The notes below the pieces were generated by a model. That model worked only from the letters and a program-made list of their open reading frames with translations. It made no database searches and was not told where the DNA came from. Both the position numbers and the translations under genes were made by a program. From positions 50,997 through 114,996 of IMG/VR virus record IMGVR_UViG_3300045999_011735: a stretch of DNA of 64,000 bases; one strand, written 5' to 3'. How positions within the stretch are numbered: position 1 is the stretch's first letter; each line of letters begins with the position of its first letter. This DNA is from a virus. Shown one piece after another: positions 18,796 through 27,090 of this stretch.

Positions 18796-19587
18796 TTAAC
18801 TGGCAAATCCTTCAGCCAACTGCCATAACTCACCATTGAATTGCATGTCAGCTGTAAAATTCTTAAGTGCTCTTACTTTACGTGTTTTCTTCCCATTATT
18901 GTAACTAAGACCACCATTAACTAATTTTTCCTGAATACGATTAAATACTGTCCATAAATTGGATCCTTTATCTTGATCACGTTCAGCAGCTACTAGTTCT
19001 ACTAGTTCAACTGATGTTTTCTTTCCTTTCCAACGCAGTGCAACTGCTTTAGTTGCAAATTCTTCTATTTGTGCTTCAGATAGTTCTGTACTTCTGAATG
19101 TATTAATTTTTTGAACCAATTTAGGTAATGTGTCAATCATATTGCGAACTTGCTCACGCAATGCCTCAAATGTATATCCCATGTGACGAATAGATACATT
19201 ACTAAATTCAGAATCAGCAATTACAAGTCCATTTGAACAAACTAAACGATACAATCCAACTCTCAAATGAAATGCATTTTTTCCATCATGACTATTAGTC
19301 AATAGCAATTCAGGAAATACATCATCACCATCATTTCCTTTAATCATAATGTTTTGATTTTGGAAACGAATAATGTGTTTTTGGTAACCTTTACCCTTAC
19401 GTGCTCTAACTTCTTGAGCACTCACTGGTGTCCAACCTAATTCAATCATGTCTTCAATTACTTGAGACGTTGGAATGTGAGTGTAGTTGTTTGATACATT
19501 AGGTGCTGATGCAAGTGTAAATGCACTTGAACACACATCTTGGATGTCTTGCAAACTCATTGGTTCGCGTTTGTTTGTAATTGTCAT
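18796..19587 (-). CDS. DUF932/DUF945 family protein
   Basis: YTHIPT, ELLLTNSHDG, GLYRLVCSNGL, LWTVFNRIQE. Confidence 0.9.
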   Translation of the reverse strand: MTITNKREPMSLQDIQDVCSSAFTLASAPNVSNNYTHIPTSQVIEDMIELGWTPVSAQEVRARKGKGYQKHIIRFQNQNIMIKGNDGDDVFPELLLTNSHDGKNAFHLRVGLYRLVCSNGLVIADSEFSNVSIRHMGYTFEALREQVRNMIDTLPKLVQKINTFRSTELSEAQIEEFATKAVALRWKGKKTSVELVELVAAERDQDKGSNLWTVFNRIQEKLVNGGLSYNNGKKTRKVRALKNFTADMQFNGELWQLAEGFAS

Positions 19588-19611
19588 AACCTTTTTATTT
19601 TAAATGTACAA

Positions 19612-20310
19612 TTAAATAAACGGGTTTCCAAGTTTTTTCCATTCATAATACTTTTCTATTGATGTTGGTCCTTGATCTCCATCTATATTATCGTATCTAT
19701 CTAATAAATAATAATCATTCATCCCACATCCCGAATAACATTCATTTTCATCTATGAAATGTATATTTTCTTCTCCTATTCTTTTCTTTAAAGGTAAATA
19801 TACTTGATCATGGAAGTGACCTTTGTTGGTTGGATTAGTGGGGTCTAGAAATGATTCTTTAAAGGTGCTTAACATATGTTTAGGAAACACATACAAATTA
19901 TCACAGGTAAAACCTCTTCCATCGTAAAAGTGGTTTTTTTCTCTAAATAAAAAGTTAAATTTGTTGTAGTCTATATTTAAAGAAGATAATGAATTAAAAA
20001 ATATAATATCAAATCTAGTAATTATCACTAAGTCCAAATCTTCATTTTCCATTACATTTACTAAATATATTAATTTATTTAATATACGAAATTCAGTATG
20101 TATAAAAGGAACAAGTTTAGTATCTACATATTTCTTAGGATTGTAAAAATCAAGCAGTTCTTGAGTTATATCTTCTGTTGATAAGTAGAGATTAACTTCA
20201 TGACCTGACCAACAGTTAATTACTTTATTTTTTATTTCATCTTTAGTTCGTCTCCAATCTCTATTTCTAAAACCAGATGATAATCCTACTAGTCCAATTC
20301 CTATTTTCAT
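19612..20310 (-). CDS. putative glycosyltransferase-like protein
   Basis: DLVIITRFDIIF motif typical of phage glycan-cluster proteins. Confidence 0.5.
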   Translation of the reverse strand: MKIGIGLVGLSSGFRNRDWRRTKDEIKNKVINCWSGHEVNLYLSTEDITQELLDFYNPKKYVDTKLVPFIHTEFRILNKLIYLVNVMENEDLDLVIITRFDIIFFNSLSSLNIDYNKFNFLFREKNHFYDGRGFTCDNLYVFPKHMLSTFKESFLDPTNPTNKGHFHDQVYLPLKKRIGEENIHFIDENECYSGCGMNDYYLLDRYDNIDGDQGPTSIEKYYEWKKLGNPFI

Positions 20311-20313
20311 CTA

Positions 20314-20511
20314 TTATTTGTTCTTATTTTCCCTAATTATCCTAAGTGCTTTATTTAAATATAAAATAGCATCCATATGTTCCTCTAAAGCATGTTGTAA
20401 ATAATCTTCTAAATCTAGATCAGTACGATCTAAATCTACACCATATTTTTCTTTACCTTTTGTTGCTCTGTACTCGAATTTTTCAATTATTTCTTTTACT
20501 ATACTATCCAT
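20314..20511 (-). CDS. small all-alpha NTP-pyrophosphohydrolase-like protein
   Basis: GKEKYGVDLDRTDL...HALEEHMDAILY. Confidence 0.6.
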   Translation of the reverse strand: MDSIVKEIIEKFEYRATKGKEKYGVDLDRTDLDLEDYLQHALEEHMDAILYLNKALRIIRENKNK

Positions 20512-20583
20512 AGGTTTAATTTATATAAAGGTAAGAAAAGGAGTTTGGTTATCCAAACTCCATTTTCTACTTGCATGGGTGGG

Positions 20584-20790
20584 TCAATATTTTACAAACT
20601 TACTAAATGCCATTTTTTCACCTTCTGTTCTAGGTTTTGATTCAATTCTTACATTTACCTGTGGTTTACGTCCCCTTGGTTTTGATTGTTTTTCTTCAGG
20701 TTCTTCCCATCTCCAATTAGCTACTTTTTTACGAAATGCTACTCTAGCTCTCTCTAAACTACCATTGTCCTTAGGATAAACAGGCATCAT
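20584..20790 (-). CDS. basic hypothetical protein
   Basis: ORF; PRGRKP. Confidence 0.6.
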   Translation of the reverse strand: MMPVYPKDNGSLERARVAFRKKVANWRWEEPEEKQSKPRGRKPQVNVRIESKPRTEGEKMAFSKFVKY

Positions 20791-20978
20791 ATAAATTCAA
20801 TTAATAGTTCACCATGATACATTCTTTGTAAAGCATCTAATTTACACATGTGATCAAATGGTTTGGCTTCATTTATGTTGAGTGACCATTGAGGTACACC
20901 ACCATACTTTAAACCAGTAAAAAATCCATATTCACTAAATATAACAAATTCTTTTGAGACTCCCTTTTTACTTTTCAT
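20787..20978 (-). CDS. hypothetical protein
   Basis: ORF. Confidence 0.6.
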   Translation of the reverse strand: MKSKKGVSKEFVIFSEYGFFTGLKYGGVPQWSLNINEAKPFDHMCKLDALQRMYHGELLIEFI

Positions 20979-21595
20979 TGCTCTGGTACTAATCTGTTTA
21001 ATTCTTCTTTTAGTGAATCTATAGTGTAACCACTATGAAACTTAGTGCTAGGATCCAATCTTTTAATTTGTTCTGCTAAGTCCTCTTTATGTCCTTCCCT
21101 GTAGAACTTATCTTCAATGGCATCAGCTAGATCATTCATTTGCTCGCTACCCCAAACTGATATTCTTAGATCATACCATTCCCATTTGGTTTTATAGTCT
21201 ACGAGTGTGTAGCCTTTAGTTATTTTTCTTTTAAGATTACTTAAAGATCTATTCCTTACTCTTACTATAGAGTTATCATCACCAAATAGATGTAGAAAAC
21301 GTAATACAAATCTAGGACACCACCAAGGTCTTGCTTTGTAGTCCATAAATATAACAAGTGGTTCCATTGCTTTAAATATTGAATCATTTTCTTTCCAAGG
21401 TACTGAACCTAGATATCCATACTTCTCGTGGAAAGTTTTAGGAAAGAATACAGCTCTAACGTCATCCCAATTAACGTCTCTAGTATGAATCATTCCTTTT
21501 TTTCTACCTTTCCAAAAGGGAAGACTCTTTAGAAAATCGATTGTCCTCTCTTTGAAAGGCTTTGGTGTATAGAATTTACTCTTTTTCAAAGTCAC
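20975..21595 (-). CDS. hypothetical protein
   Basis: 206 aa ORF. Confidence 0.7.
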   Translation of the reverse strand: MTLKKSKFYTPKPFKERTIDFLKSLPFWKGRKKGMIHTRDVNWDDVRAVFFPKTFHEKYGYLGSVPWKENDSIFKAMEPLVIFMDYKARPWWCPRFVLRFLHLFGDDNSIVRVRNRSLSNLKRKITKGYTLVDYKTKWEWYDLRISVWGSEQMNDLADAIEDKFYREGHKEDLAEQIKRLDPSTKFHSGYTIDSLKEELNRLVPEQ

Positions 21596-21860
21596 TAAAT
21601 TTAAGTCCCCACATTAACGAACACATTGCTGCTTCTCGTTTTGCTATTTTAGAGAACATTTTACAATCTTTTTTAAAATATTCTATCATCCATTTTTGCC
21701 ATTCATCATTTTGAGCTACAGTCATTGTCCATTCCTGATACCAAGCATCTTTACGTCCTACTACTTGCTCATAAGTAACGTCATGTCCTGCGATTTCAAA
21801 CATTTTATTAATTATTGTTTGCACTATTTCTTCCTTTGATGGTCTTTTTTTTCGTGCCAT
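21576..21860 (-). CDS. hypothetical protein
   Basis: ORF. Confidence 0.7.
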   Translation of the reverse strand: MARKKRPSKEEIVQTIINKMFEIAGHDVTYEQVVGRKDAWYQEWTMTVAQNDEWQKWMIEYFKKDCKMFSKIAKREAAMCSLMWGLKFSDFEKE

Positions 21861-21861
21861 A

Positions 21862-22599
21862 TTATCTTACTTTACCTGTTGTAATAACATTATCATTAAT
21901 GATAAGATATTCTCCACTGGTTTCCAAAGTATCTATAAAGAAATATTTTAATCCGTTTGTTTTGCCATGAATATCTATTTGGTTTTGTGCTGTATGTCCT
22001 GCTATTTGAATTATTTCTTTGCGTAATGTATTTCTATTAGCTGATTTTAGTGAGCGGGGTCTAATCCAGATTGGTGATTGTTCTTCATTATCACCATATG
22101 GATCTAAATAACTTATATTAGTGGCACTTCCAAAACTAAATGTTAATGGTTTATATTTAAATAATTCATTTAAATCATCAACTATAGTTTCTGTTTTCCA
22201 TCCATTAGTTCCAAATACACTATCCATAAATTTACTACTAACACCAGCATGGCTAAATAGAAAATCATCAAATTGATATGCCATTTGTAAATGTTCTCTA
22301 TTAGCATCTAATACAGGACGAATTTGATAACTAAACATTGCTTGATAACCAGATGTGCCTGTATCACCTACTTCAGGGAAATAATGATGATCGTGATTAC
22401 CAATCAACATTATAACTTCCTTACCACTTGTTTTTTTATACTCAATGATATCAAGGAAATTATTTAATTGTTCTTCTCCCTTAATGTTAAATGAATCGAA
22501 ATAGTCACCAATGAATATAACCCTATCAGGATTATCTTGATGTACTGCTAATTTCCAGTTAGAGCGGCCATGTGTATCACCTAACACTATTGTTTTCAT
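21862..22599 (-). CDS. calcineurin-like metallophosphoesterase
   Basis: GDTHG, GDYFD, GNHD, HAG, GHT motifs. Confidence 0.9.
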   Translation of the reverse strand: MKTIVLGDTHGRSNWKLAVHQDNPDRVIFIGDYFDSFNIKGEEQLNNFLDIIEYKKTSGKEVIMLIGNHDHHYFPEVGDTGTSGYQAMFSYQIRPVLDANREHLQMAYQFDDFLFSHAGVSSKFMDSVFGTNGWKTETIVDDLNELFKYKPLTFSFGSATNISYLDPYGDNEEQSPIWIRPRSLKSANRNTLRKEIIQIAGHTAQNQIDIHGKTNGLKYFFIDTLETSGEYLIINDNVITTGKVR

Positions 22600-22627
22600 A
22601 ACCTTAATTTAATTAATTAGTTTGAGT

Positions 22628-22864
22628 TTACCAAACTTTCCACCAAGGCTTTTTAGGTGGTGGTGGAGGTGTTTGCTTTGGATCTGTTACTTTAAGAACA
22701 CGGTCCAAGAATAAGGAAGCGTTTTTATGTATTATGTGTTTATTCTGTTCATTTAAACCAGATATGTTTATATTGATTTGAACAGGAACTTGAACCTTAG
22801 ATGCTTCAAACGTAGTTTGAATTATAAAGTATTCTTTACCATTTCGTGTAACAAAGTGCATCAT
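22628..22864 (-). CDS. hypothetical protein
   Basis: ORF; KKPWWKVW tail. Confidence 0.6.
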   Translation of the reverse strand: MMHFVTRNGKEYFIIQTTFEASKVQVPVQININISGLNEQNKHIIHKNASLFLDRVLKVTDPKQTPPPPPKKPWWKVW

Positions 22865-22884
22865 ATTAATAAATATAACACTTT

Positions 22885-23535
22885 TTACAGGTTGAATGCT
22901 TCAATTGTTTCTTTAAATGGATTACCTTCTATTTGCTTAACTAAATCGAGCATATCTTGAGCTAGTTGTCTTACTTCAACTTGAGCATGCTCGCTATTTC
23001 TTAATTGTTGGAAATGATAAAACGAACGCCAGTTAAACATTACATCCATTGTAATTTGACTATTGAATGTTTTAAAGAAGCGAGCTGATTCCTTAGCACG
23101 TTTACGGCCTAATACTGGTGTTAGATCTTCTAAACACTTGTGGTATAATTGATTGCCATACCTAGTATATTCATCTAATATATCAGCCCAATTTTTTCTT
23201 TGTAGATGTTCCATACTGCAAGGAATATCAGGCCAATCATTAGGAATATAGTATTTATCTTCTTTCAATTCCTTATAACGAGCGCTCTCACCATTAACTG
23301 AAACACCAATACGATGTTTAATTAAATGGATATGAGTTGCTTGATCCACTGTTACTAGAAAATGTAATGATGATTTTTCAAATGGTGTATGATGTCCTTC
23401 ACTTGCTAACATTTTAAGTAGCTTACCTACCCTAGCTTTCTTCTCATCAGTAATATCTCTAGATGTTGATGTCCAAGCTGATTGGGCATGTATTAGATCT
23501 GAACCGTAATGTCCTAATAATTCTACTTTATTCAT
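22885..23535 (-). CDS. thyX: flavin-dependent thymidylate synthase
   Basis: GHHTPFE, KHRIGVSVNGESARY, NWRSFYHF..LR..HAQVEVR. Confidence 0.93.
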   Translation of the reverse strand: MNKVELLGHYGSDLIHAQSAWTSTSRDITDEKKARVGKLLKMLASEGHHTPFEKSSLHFLVTVDQATHIHLIKHRIGVSVNGESARYKELKEDKYYIPNDWPDIPCSMEHLQRKNWADILDEYTRYGNQLYHKCLEDLTPVLGRKRAKESARFFKTFNSQITMDVMFNWRSFYHFQQLRNSEHAQVEVRQLAQDMLDLVKQIEGNPFKETIEAFNL

Positions 23536-24184
23536 CTATAACAAATTTTTCATGGTGATCAGAAGGTAATATACTTGCTTTAATTGGTCTAGTTTCAAGT
23601 AATGATATTACTTCTTTTAATTCATATGGTTTTAAATTATTTCCATCTATTCCAACATCCATTGCTCTACCAGGCATTAATTTTTTGTTACCTCGTAAGT
23701 GAACATGTCCAAATAAATGGAAACGACCTTTATTCATATCATGCCAACTACAAATGGGATAATGTGATAACACAAAATCATATTCTAAATCATCACTGTT
23801 ATCATCAATTACTCTTAATACTTTATATTGTTCTACATCTACAAACAATGATCTAATATCATCTTTATTTCGTTCAATATGATGATCATGATTACCTAAA
23901 ATTAGGTAAATGTTTTGACATGTTAATCTATGTTTAAATTCACTAATAGATTCAAACCCACCAAATGACCAATCACCCAAATGAATTAATATATCGTCTT
24001 GTCCTACTGTATTGTTAATGTTGTTAATAATAGTATCATTCATCTTAGCTAATGTAGAAAAGTCCCTAGTGTGACCATCAGCATGAGTCCAACTTGTAAC
24101 TCCACGACAGATATTCTTATGATTATAGTGAGTATCTGATGTGAAGAATAATTTTTGGTGAGGTTTTAAATTAATAATCCACAT
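23528..24184 (-). CDS. metallophosphoesterase
   Basis: TSDTH, HLGD, GNHD, SHYP, GHVH, DVGID. Confidence 0.9.
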   Translation of the reverse strand: MWIINLKPHQKLFFTSDTHYNHKNICRGVTSWTHADGHTRDFSTLAKMNDTIINNINNTVGQDDILIHLGDWSFGGFESISEFKHRLTCQNIYLILGNHDHHIERNKDDIRSLFVDVEQYKVLRVIDDNSDDLEYDFVLSHYPICSWHDMNKGRFHLFGHVHLRGNKKLMPGRAMDVGIDGNNLKPYELKEVISLLETRPIKASILPSDHHEKFVIDE

Positions 24185-24327
24185 AAGTTAAAATATATCA
24201 TTGTGATCTTTTTCATCCCAATTTAACCAGTCTTCACCTTTATAGTCAGGGTGATTTTTATGCATGTTGTCAATTCCTTCCACCCATGCCCAAGATAGAA
24301 ATATCAATCCACCTATAAAGCCAAGTA

Positions 24328-24690
24328 TTAGTCCCACCATCCTTCAATATGTTTATCAAGTAATTTAAATAATAATTGACGTGCTTTTTTCTGTTTATTA
24401 TAAGCAGTATCTATTTTTTCTTTAGTTAATTCATTTTCATTGATTAATATTTCCATATAAGCTTCATTCTGCACCTTTTCAATCAACCTAACACACAACA
24501 TGATTCTATCTGCATCATAATTAGAATTAACATGGTAACCATACTTACGAGTATGTTCGGCAGTAAATATAAGTTTATGTTTTAATATTTCAAAAATGTG
24601 ATAATAATCCCATTGTTCGTCCTTCCAAATAATAGGCAACCAACGAAATAGATTTTTAGTTCGTCTTATGATTCGCTTTATGCGCCACAT
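24328..24690 (-). CDS. hypothetical phage protein
   Basis: WLPIIWKDEQWDY...GWWD. Confidence 0.75.
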   Translation of the reverse strand: MWRIKRIIRRTKNLFRWLPIIWKDEQWDYYHIFEILKHKLIFTAEHTRKYGYHVNSNYDADRIMLCVRLIEKVQNEAYMEILINENELTKEKIDTAYNKQKKARQLLFKLLDKHIEGWWD

Positions 24691-24985
24691 TTTTTAACTT
24701 TCTTTTTAAAAGTAAGCTGTATATTTTTTCTTTGTAATTGGTTACTTTAGTCATAGCTACCCATTTACCAACTACACTTCCAGCTATGTATACTATAATT
24801 ACTGACCAATTACCTTTAAATAAACTATCAATAGCAAAGTAAACTGAACCTAAAGACACTAAATTAATCCAAATTGAATTGATCATTAGTTCTTTTACTT
24901 TGTGTTCATAGGTATACTTTATTTCTAAAGTTTTGAACACGTTAAATAGGACTTGAAAAATAAATACTAATAGATAGATCTTCAT
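24656..24985 (-). CDS. small multi-TM membrane protein
   Basis: three hydrophobic helices; YIAGSVVG. Confidence 0.7.
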   Translation of the reverse strand: MKIYLLVFIFQVLFNVFKTLEIKYTYEHKVKELMINSIWINLVSLGSVYFAIDSLFKGNWSVIIVYIAGSVVGKWVAMTKVTNYKEKIYSLLLKRKLKNVAHKANHKTN

Positions 24986-25012
24986 ATAGTGAAGATACTA
25001 AAGGTTTTCGGG

Positions 25013-25963
25013 TTATCCAAGAGGATCTGTAAAGAATCTATAGAATGATTTTAATTCACTGTTAGATTCAAGTAATCCAGGCCATACACTAGATTCTTCT
25101 TGATAGAATGTATTAAATGTCCAATCTTTAAACCATTCAGGATGTTTAACATGGATATAACCCATTAATTCTTGTTCTGTACAGGCATAATTATGCTCAG
25201 GTAGATCAAGGATTCTATTTGCTAATTCTGTAAAAGCATCTATATAATTTTTTAAATATGGTGTTTTACCTCCGAACATAGCACCAACAGGGAATTTGTT
25301 TGATCTTACTATGTCATCATAAACATCTTCTCCTATCTTTTCTGAAAGTAATCTATAATCATTGTCCATTGTATCTTGTCTACACATACAGAGTATTTTA
25401 TCCCTAACAAATGTATTAATTTTTTCCATTGTTTGAGGATTAAATGCTTTGTCAAAAACAAAGAATTTATATTCCTGTTCACGATCATGATTAAATCTAG
25501 TTTCAAATCCTTCTTCATCTTTATATTTACATAAAACATAAGGAAGCAAAGAACCAGTAGACAAACCAGCATCTATCCAATAAACATACTTAGTTTCATC
25601 ATATTCTAAATTTAGAAAATGCCATTTTAACCAATATATTGCAATTGGTAAAGTATAAAATGGATGAAACTCGTTATTGTATAGTTCTGGGTTATTTATT
25701 CTATTTCTATAAATTCTATCATGGAATGGGCTTGTTGTTAAATCAAATAACTTAATTGTTAAGTTGGTTAAGTTATGTTTTTCTTTGATAGATAATAAAT
25801 AATCAAATCCTTTATCACCAGCATCTGTATAACAAACAACTTCAGCACCTAAACCACAAATTGATGTGATTGAATAGGCATACCATTCAAATCTATTTAA
25901 TTTACCCCAAAATGGAGGACCAGCATGTGCAGCGAAAAATGTTGTAACTAATTTAGTAGGCAT
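25013..25963 (-). CDS. HtrL/YibB-like glycosyltransferase (start revised to MPTKLVT)
   Basis: YWIDAG, GAMFGG, TEQELM; similar to the middle domain of 52880..55288. Confidence 0.7.
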   Translation of the reverse strand: MPTKLVTTFFAAHAGPPFWGKLNRFEWYAYSITSICGLGAEVVCYTDAGDKGFDYLLSIKEKHNLTNLTIKLFDLTTSPFHDRIYRNRINNPELYNNEFHPFYTLPIAIYWLKWHFLNLEYDETKYVYWIDAGLSTGSLLPYVLCKYKDEEGFETRFNHDREQEYKFFVFDKAFNPQTMEKINTFVRDKILCMCRQDTMDNDYRLLSEKIGEDVYDDIVRSNKFPVGAMFGGKTPYLKNYIDAFTELANRILDLPEHNYACTEQELMGYIHVKHPEWFKDWTFNTFYQEESSVWPGLLESNSELKSFYRFFTDPLG

Positions 25964-25984
25964 TATAACGTTTATAATAAATAT

Positions 25985-26097
25985 TGGTTGCGGAGAGAGG
26001 ACTTGAACCTCCACGCTGCTCAAAGCAGCAGACGCTTGTTTCGCGCCTCATGTCTACCATCGGTAGTCGTACGCCTACTCGCTTTCACCACTCCGCA
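25985..26097 (-). ncRNA. aberrant tRNA-like RNA with encoded CCA
   Basis: TGCGGAG/CTCCGCA-ACCA acceptor, T arm, long variable arm, about 23-nt D-loop insertion, loop GAAACAA without U33. Confidence 0.8.
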
Positions 26098-26111
26098 CAT
26101 TTAATCATAAG

Positions 26112-26197
26112 TACCTGAGGCCGGAGTCGAACCGGCACGGGCATTTCTGCCCAAGAGATTTTAAGTCTCTCTTGTCTACCTATTTCAACACTCAGGT
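26112..26197 (-). tRNA. tRNA-Leu(TAA)
   Basis: AGAGA-CTTAAAA-TCTCT anticodon arm, long variable arm. Confidence 0.93.
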
Positions 26198-26239
26198 ATA
26201 AGTTAAAGGTAAGAACTTTAACTTTGGTTTCCACTTTTG

Positions 26240-26311
26240 TAGTCCCGACAAGAATCGAACTTGTATTCTCTGCTTAGAAGGCAGATGTTCTATCCGTTGA
26301 ACTACAGGACC
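26240..26311 (-). tRNA. tRNA-Arg(TCT)
   Basis: TCTGC-CTTCTAA-GCAGA. Confidence 0.93.
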
Positions 26312-26331
26312 TTATTTCCGAAGCTCCATAG

Positions 26332-26405
26332 TTGACCCTACAGGAATTGAACCTGTGACCTACTGATTATGAGTCAGTTGCTCTAACCAATTGAGCTAAG
26401 GGTCA
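26332..26405 (-). tRNA. tRNA-CAT, probably Ile2 (lysidine); Met possible
   Basis: ACTGA-CTCATAA-TCAGT; Ile2-like scaffold. Confidence 0.88.
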
Positions 26406-26410
26406 ATTTG

Positions 26411-26481
26411 ATGTTCCTCTAGGATTCGAACCTAGACTAAGTGGACCAAAACCACTTGTGCTACCGTTACACCAAAGAACA
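26411..26481 (-). tRNA. tRNA-Gln(TTG)
   Basis: AGTGG-TTTTGGT-CCACT. Confidence 0.93.
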
Positions 26482-26484
26482 TTT

Positions 26485-26561
26485 TGAGGAAAGCAGTAGA
26501 TGGGTGCGTGGACAACTGCTTTTATGATTAGCTTTACTAACCTAAGTCCTAATCAACCTCA
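26485..26561 (-). ncRNA. unknown three-way-junction RNA in the tRNA cluster
   Basis: TGAGG/CCTCA closing stem; TGATTAG/CTAATCA and AAAGCAGT/ACTGCTTT arms. Confidence 0.55.
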
Positions 26562-26596
26562 GTGGCGTCAATGCTTGTTTTAGCACCGTCTTCAGG

Positions 26597-26668
26597 TACT
26601 CTGTAGGGGATTCGAACCCCTATTACCTCCGTGAAAGGGAGGTGAACTAACCCTTATTCGAACAGAGC
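26597..26668 (-). tRNA. tRNA-Glu(TTC)
   Basis: CCTCC-CTTTCAC-GGAGG. Confidence 0.92.
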
Positions 26669-26673
26669 ATCTG

Positions 26674-26747
26674 TCGGGGAAGCAGGATTCGAACCTACGA
26701 CCTCTTGGTCCCAAACCAAGCATACTACCGGACTGTACTATTCCCCG
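26674..26747 (-). tRNA. tRNA-Pro(TGG)
   Basis: CTTGG-TTTGGGA-CCAAG. Confidence 0.93.
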
Positions 26748-26785
26748 ATTCATGAATTAAAGATACAAATTTTATTTTAGGTTTC

Positions 26786-26822
26786 AAAAAAAAAGCCTTG
26801 ACTTTTCAGCCAAGGCTCTTTA
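26786..26822 (-). terminator. intrinsic terminator after the lipoprotein gene
   Basis: AGCCTTG...CAAGGCT followed by a T-run on the minus strand. Confidence 0.7.
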
Positions 26823-26839
26823 GTGCTTTGATCTGTAGA

Positions 26840-27013
26840 TTATTTTACTCCAACAGCAGGTGTAGAAGCAGTAGTATCAACAGCTACAGCTGTAGTATCT
26901 ACGGTTACAGAATCAACTTTGGTTGAATCAACAGTTGTAGCAGTTCCTTCACTTGAATTGTTACAAGCAGCGAACATAATAACAGCTGCGATTGCAATCA
27001 TTGTTTTTTTCAT
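26840..27013 (-). CDS. small lipoprotein, 57 aa (not in the ORF track)
   Basis: MKKTMIAIAAVIMFAA-C-NNSSEGTATTVDSTKVDSVTVDTTAVAVDTTASTPAVGVK; lipobox; own promoter and terminator. Confidence 0.85.
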   Translation of the reverse strand: MKKTMIAIAAVIMFAACNNSSEGTATTVDSTKVDSVTVDTTAVAVDTTASTPAVGVK

Positions 27014-27090
27014 CTTTTTTCGTTTTTGTTAAAAAATTTAAGCGACCATAAATATATGGTTACTTATTTGGGTTTCCAAATTTAATTTAG

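Larger units (their letters stand above)
6867..27080 (-). promoter_or_regulatory. about 28 copies of an early promoter, TTG(G)AAACCAA-N11-12-TA(T/C)(A/C)TTTA
   Basis: Examples near 8812, 9620, 10895, 11426, 12993, 13819, 14876, 19600, 20525 and 26757; TTTG-to-TA spacing about 19-21 nt as in the Bacteroidota sigmaA consensus. Confidence 0.8.

Noticed and set aside
7440-19630. Regularly spaced intergenic repeats as integron attC sites or CRISPR repeats
   Set aside because: Degenerate, match the promoter consensus, no attC structure or integrase
25964-26023. N-terminal extension of ORF 25013..26023
   Set aside because: Overlaps the tRNA-like RNA; the ATG at 25963 has ATATTTAT just upstream
26485-26596. 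HDV-like (theta) ribozyme after tRNA-Glu, suggested by TCCACGC
   Set aside because: Could not build the P1/P2/P3 nested pseudoknot; kept as an unknown RNA
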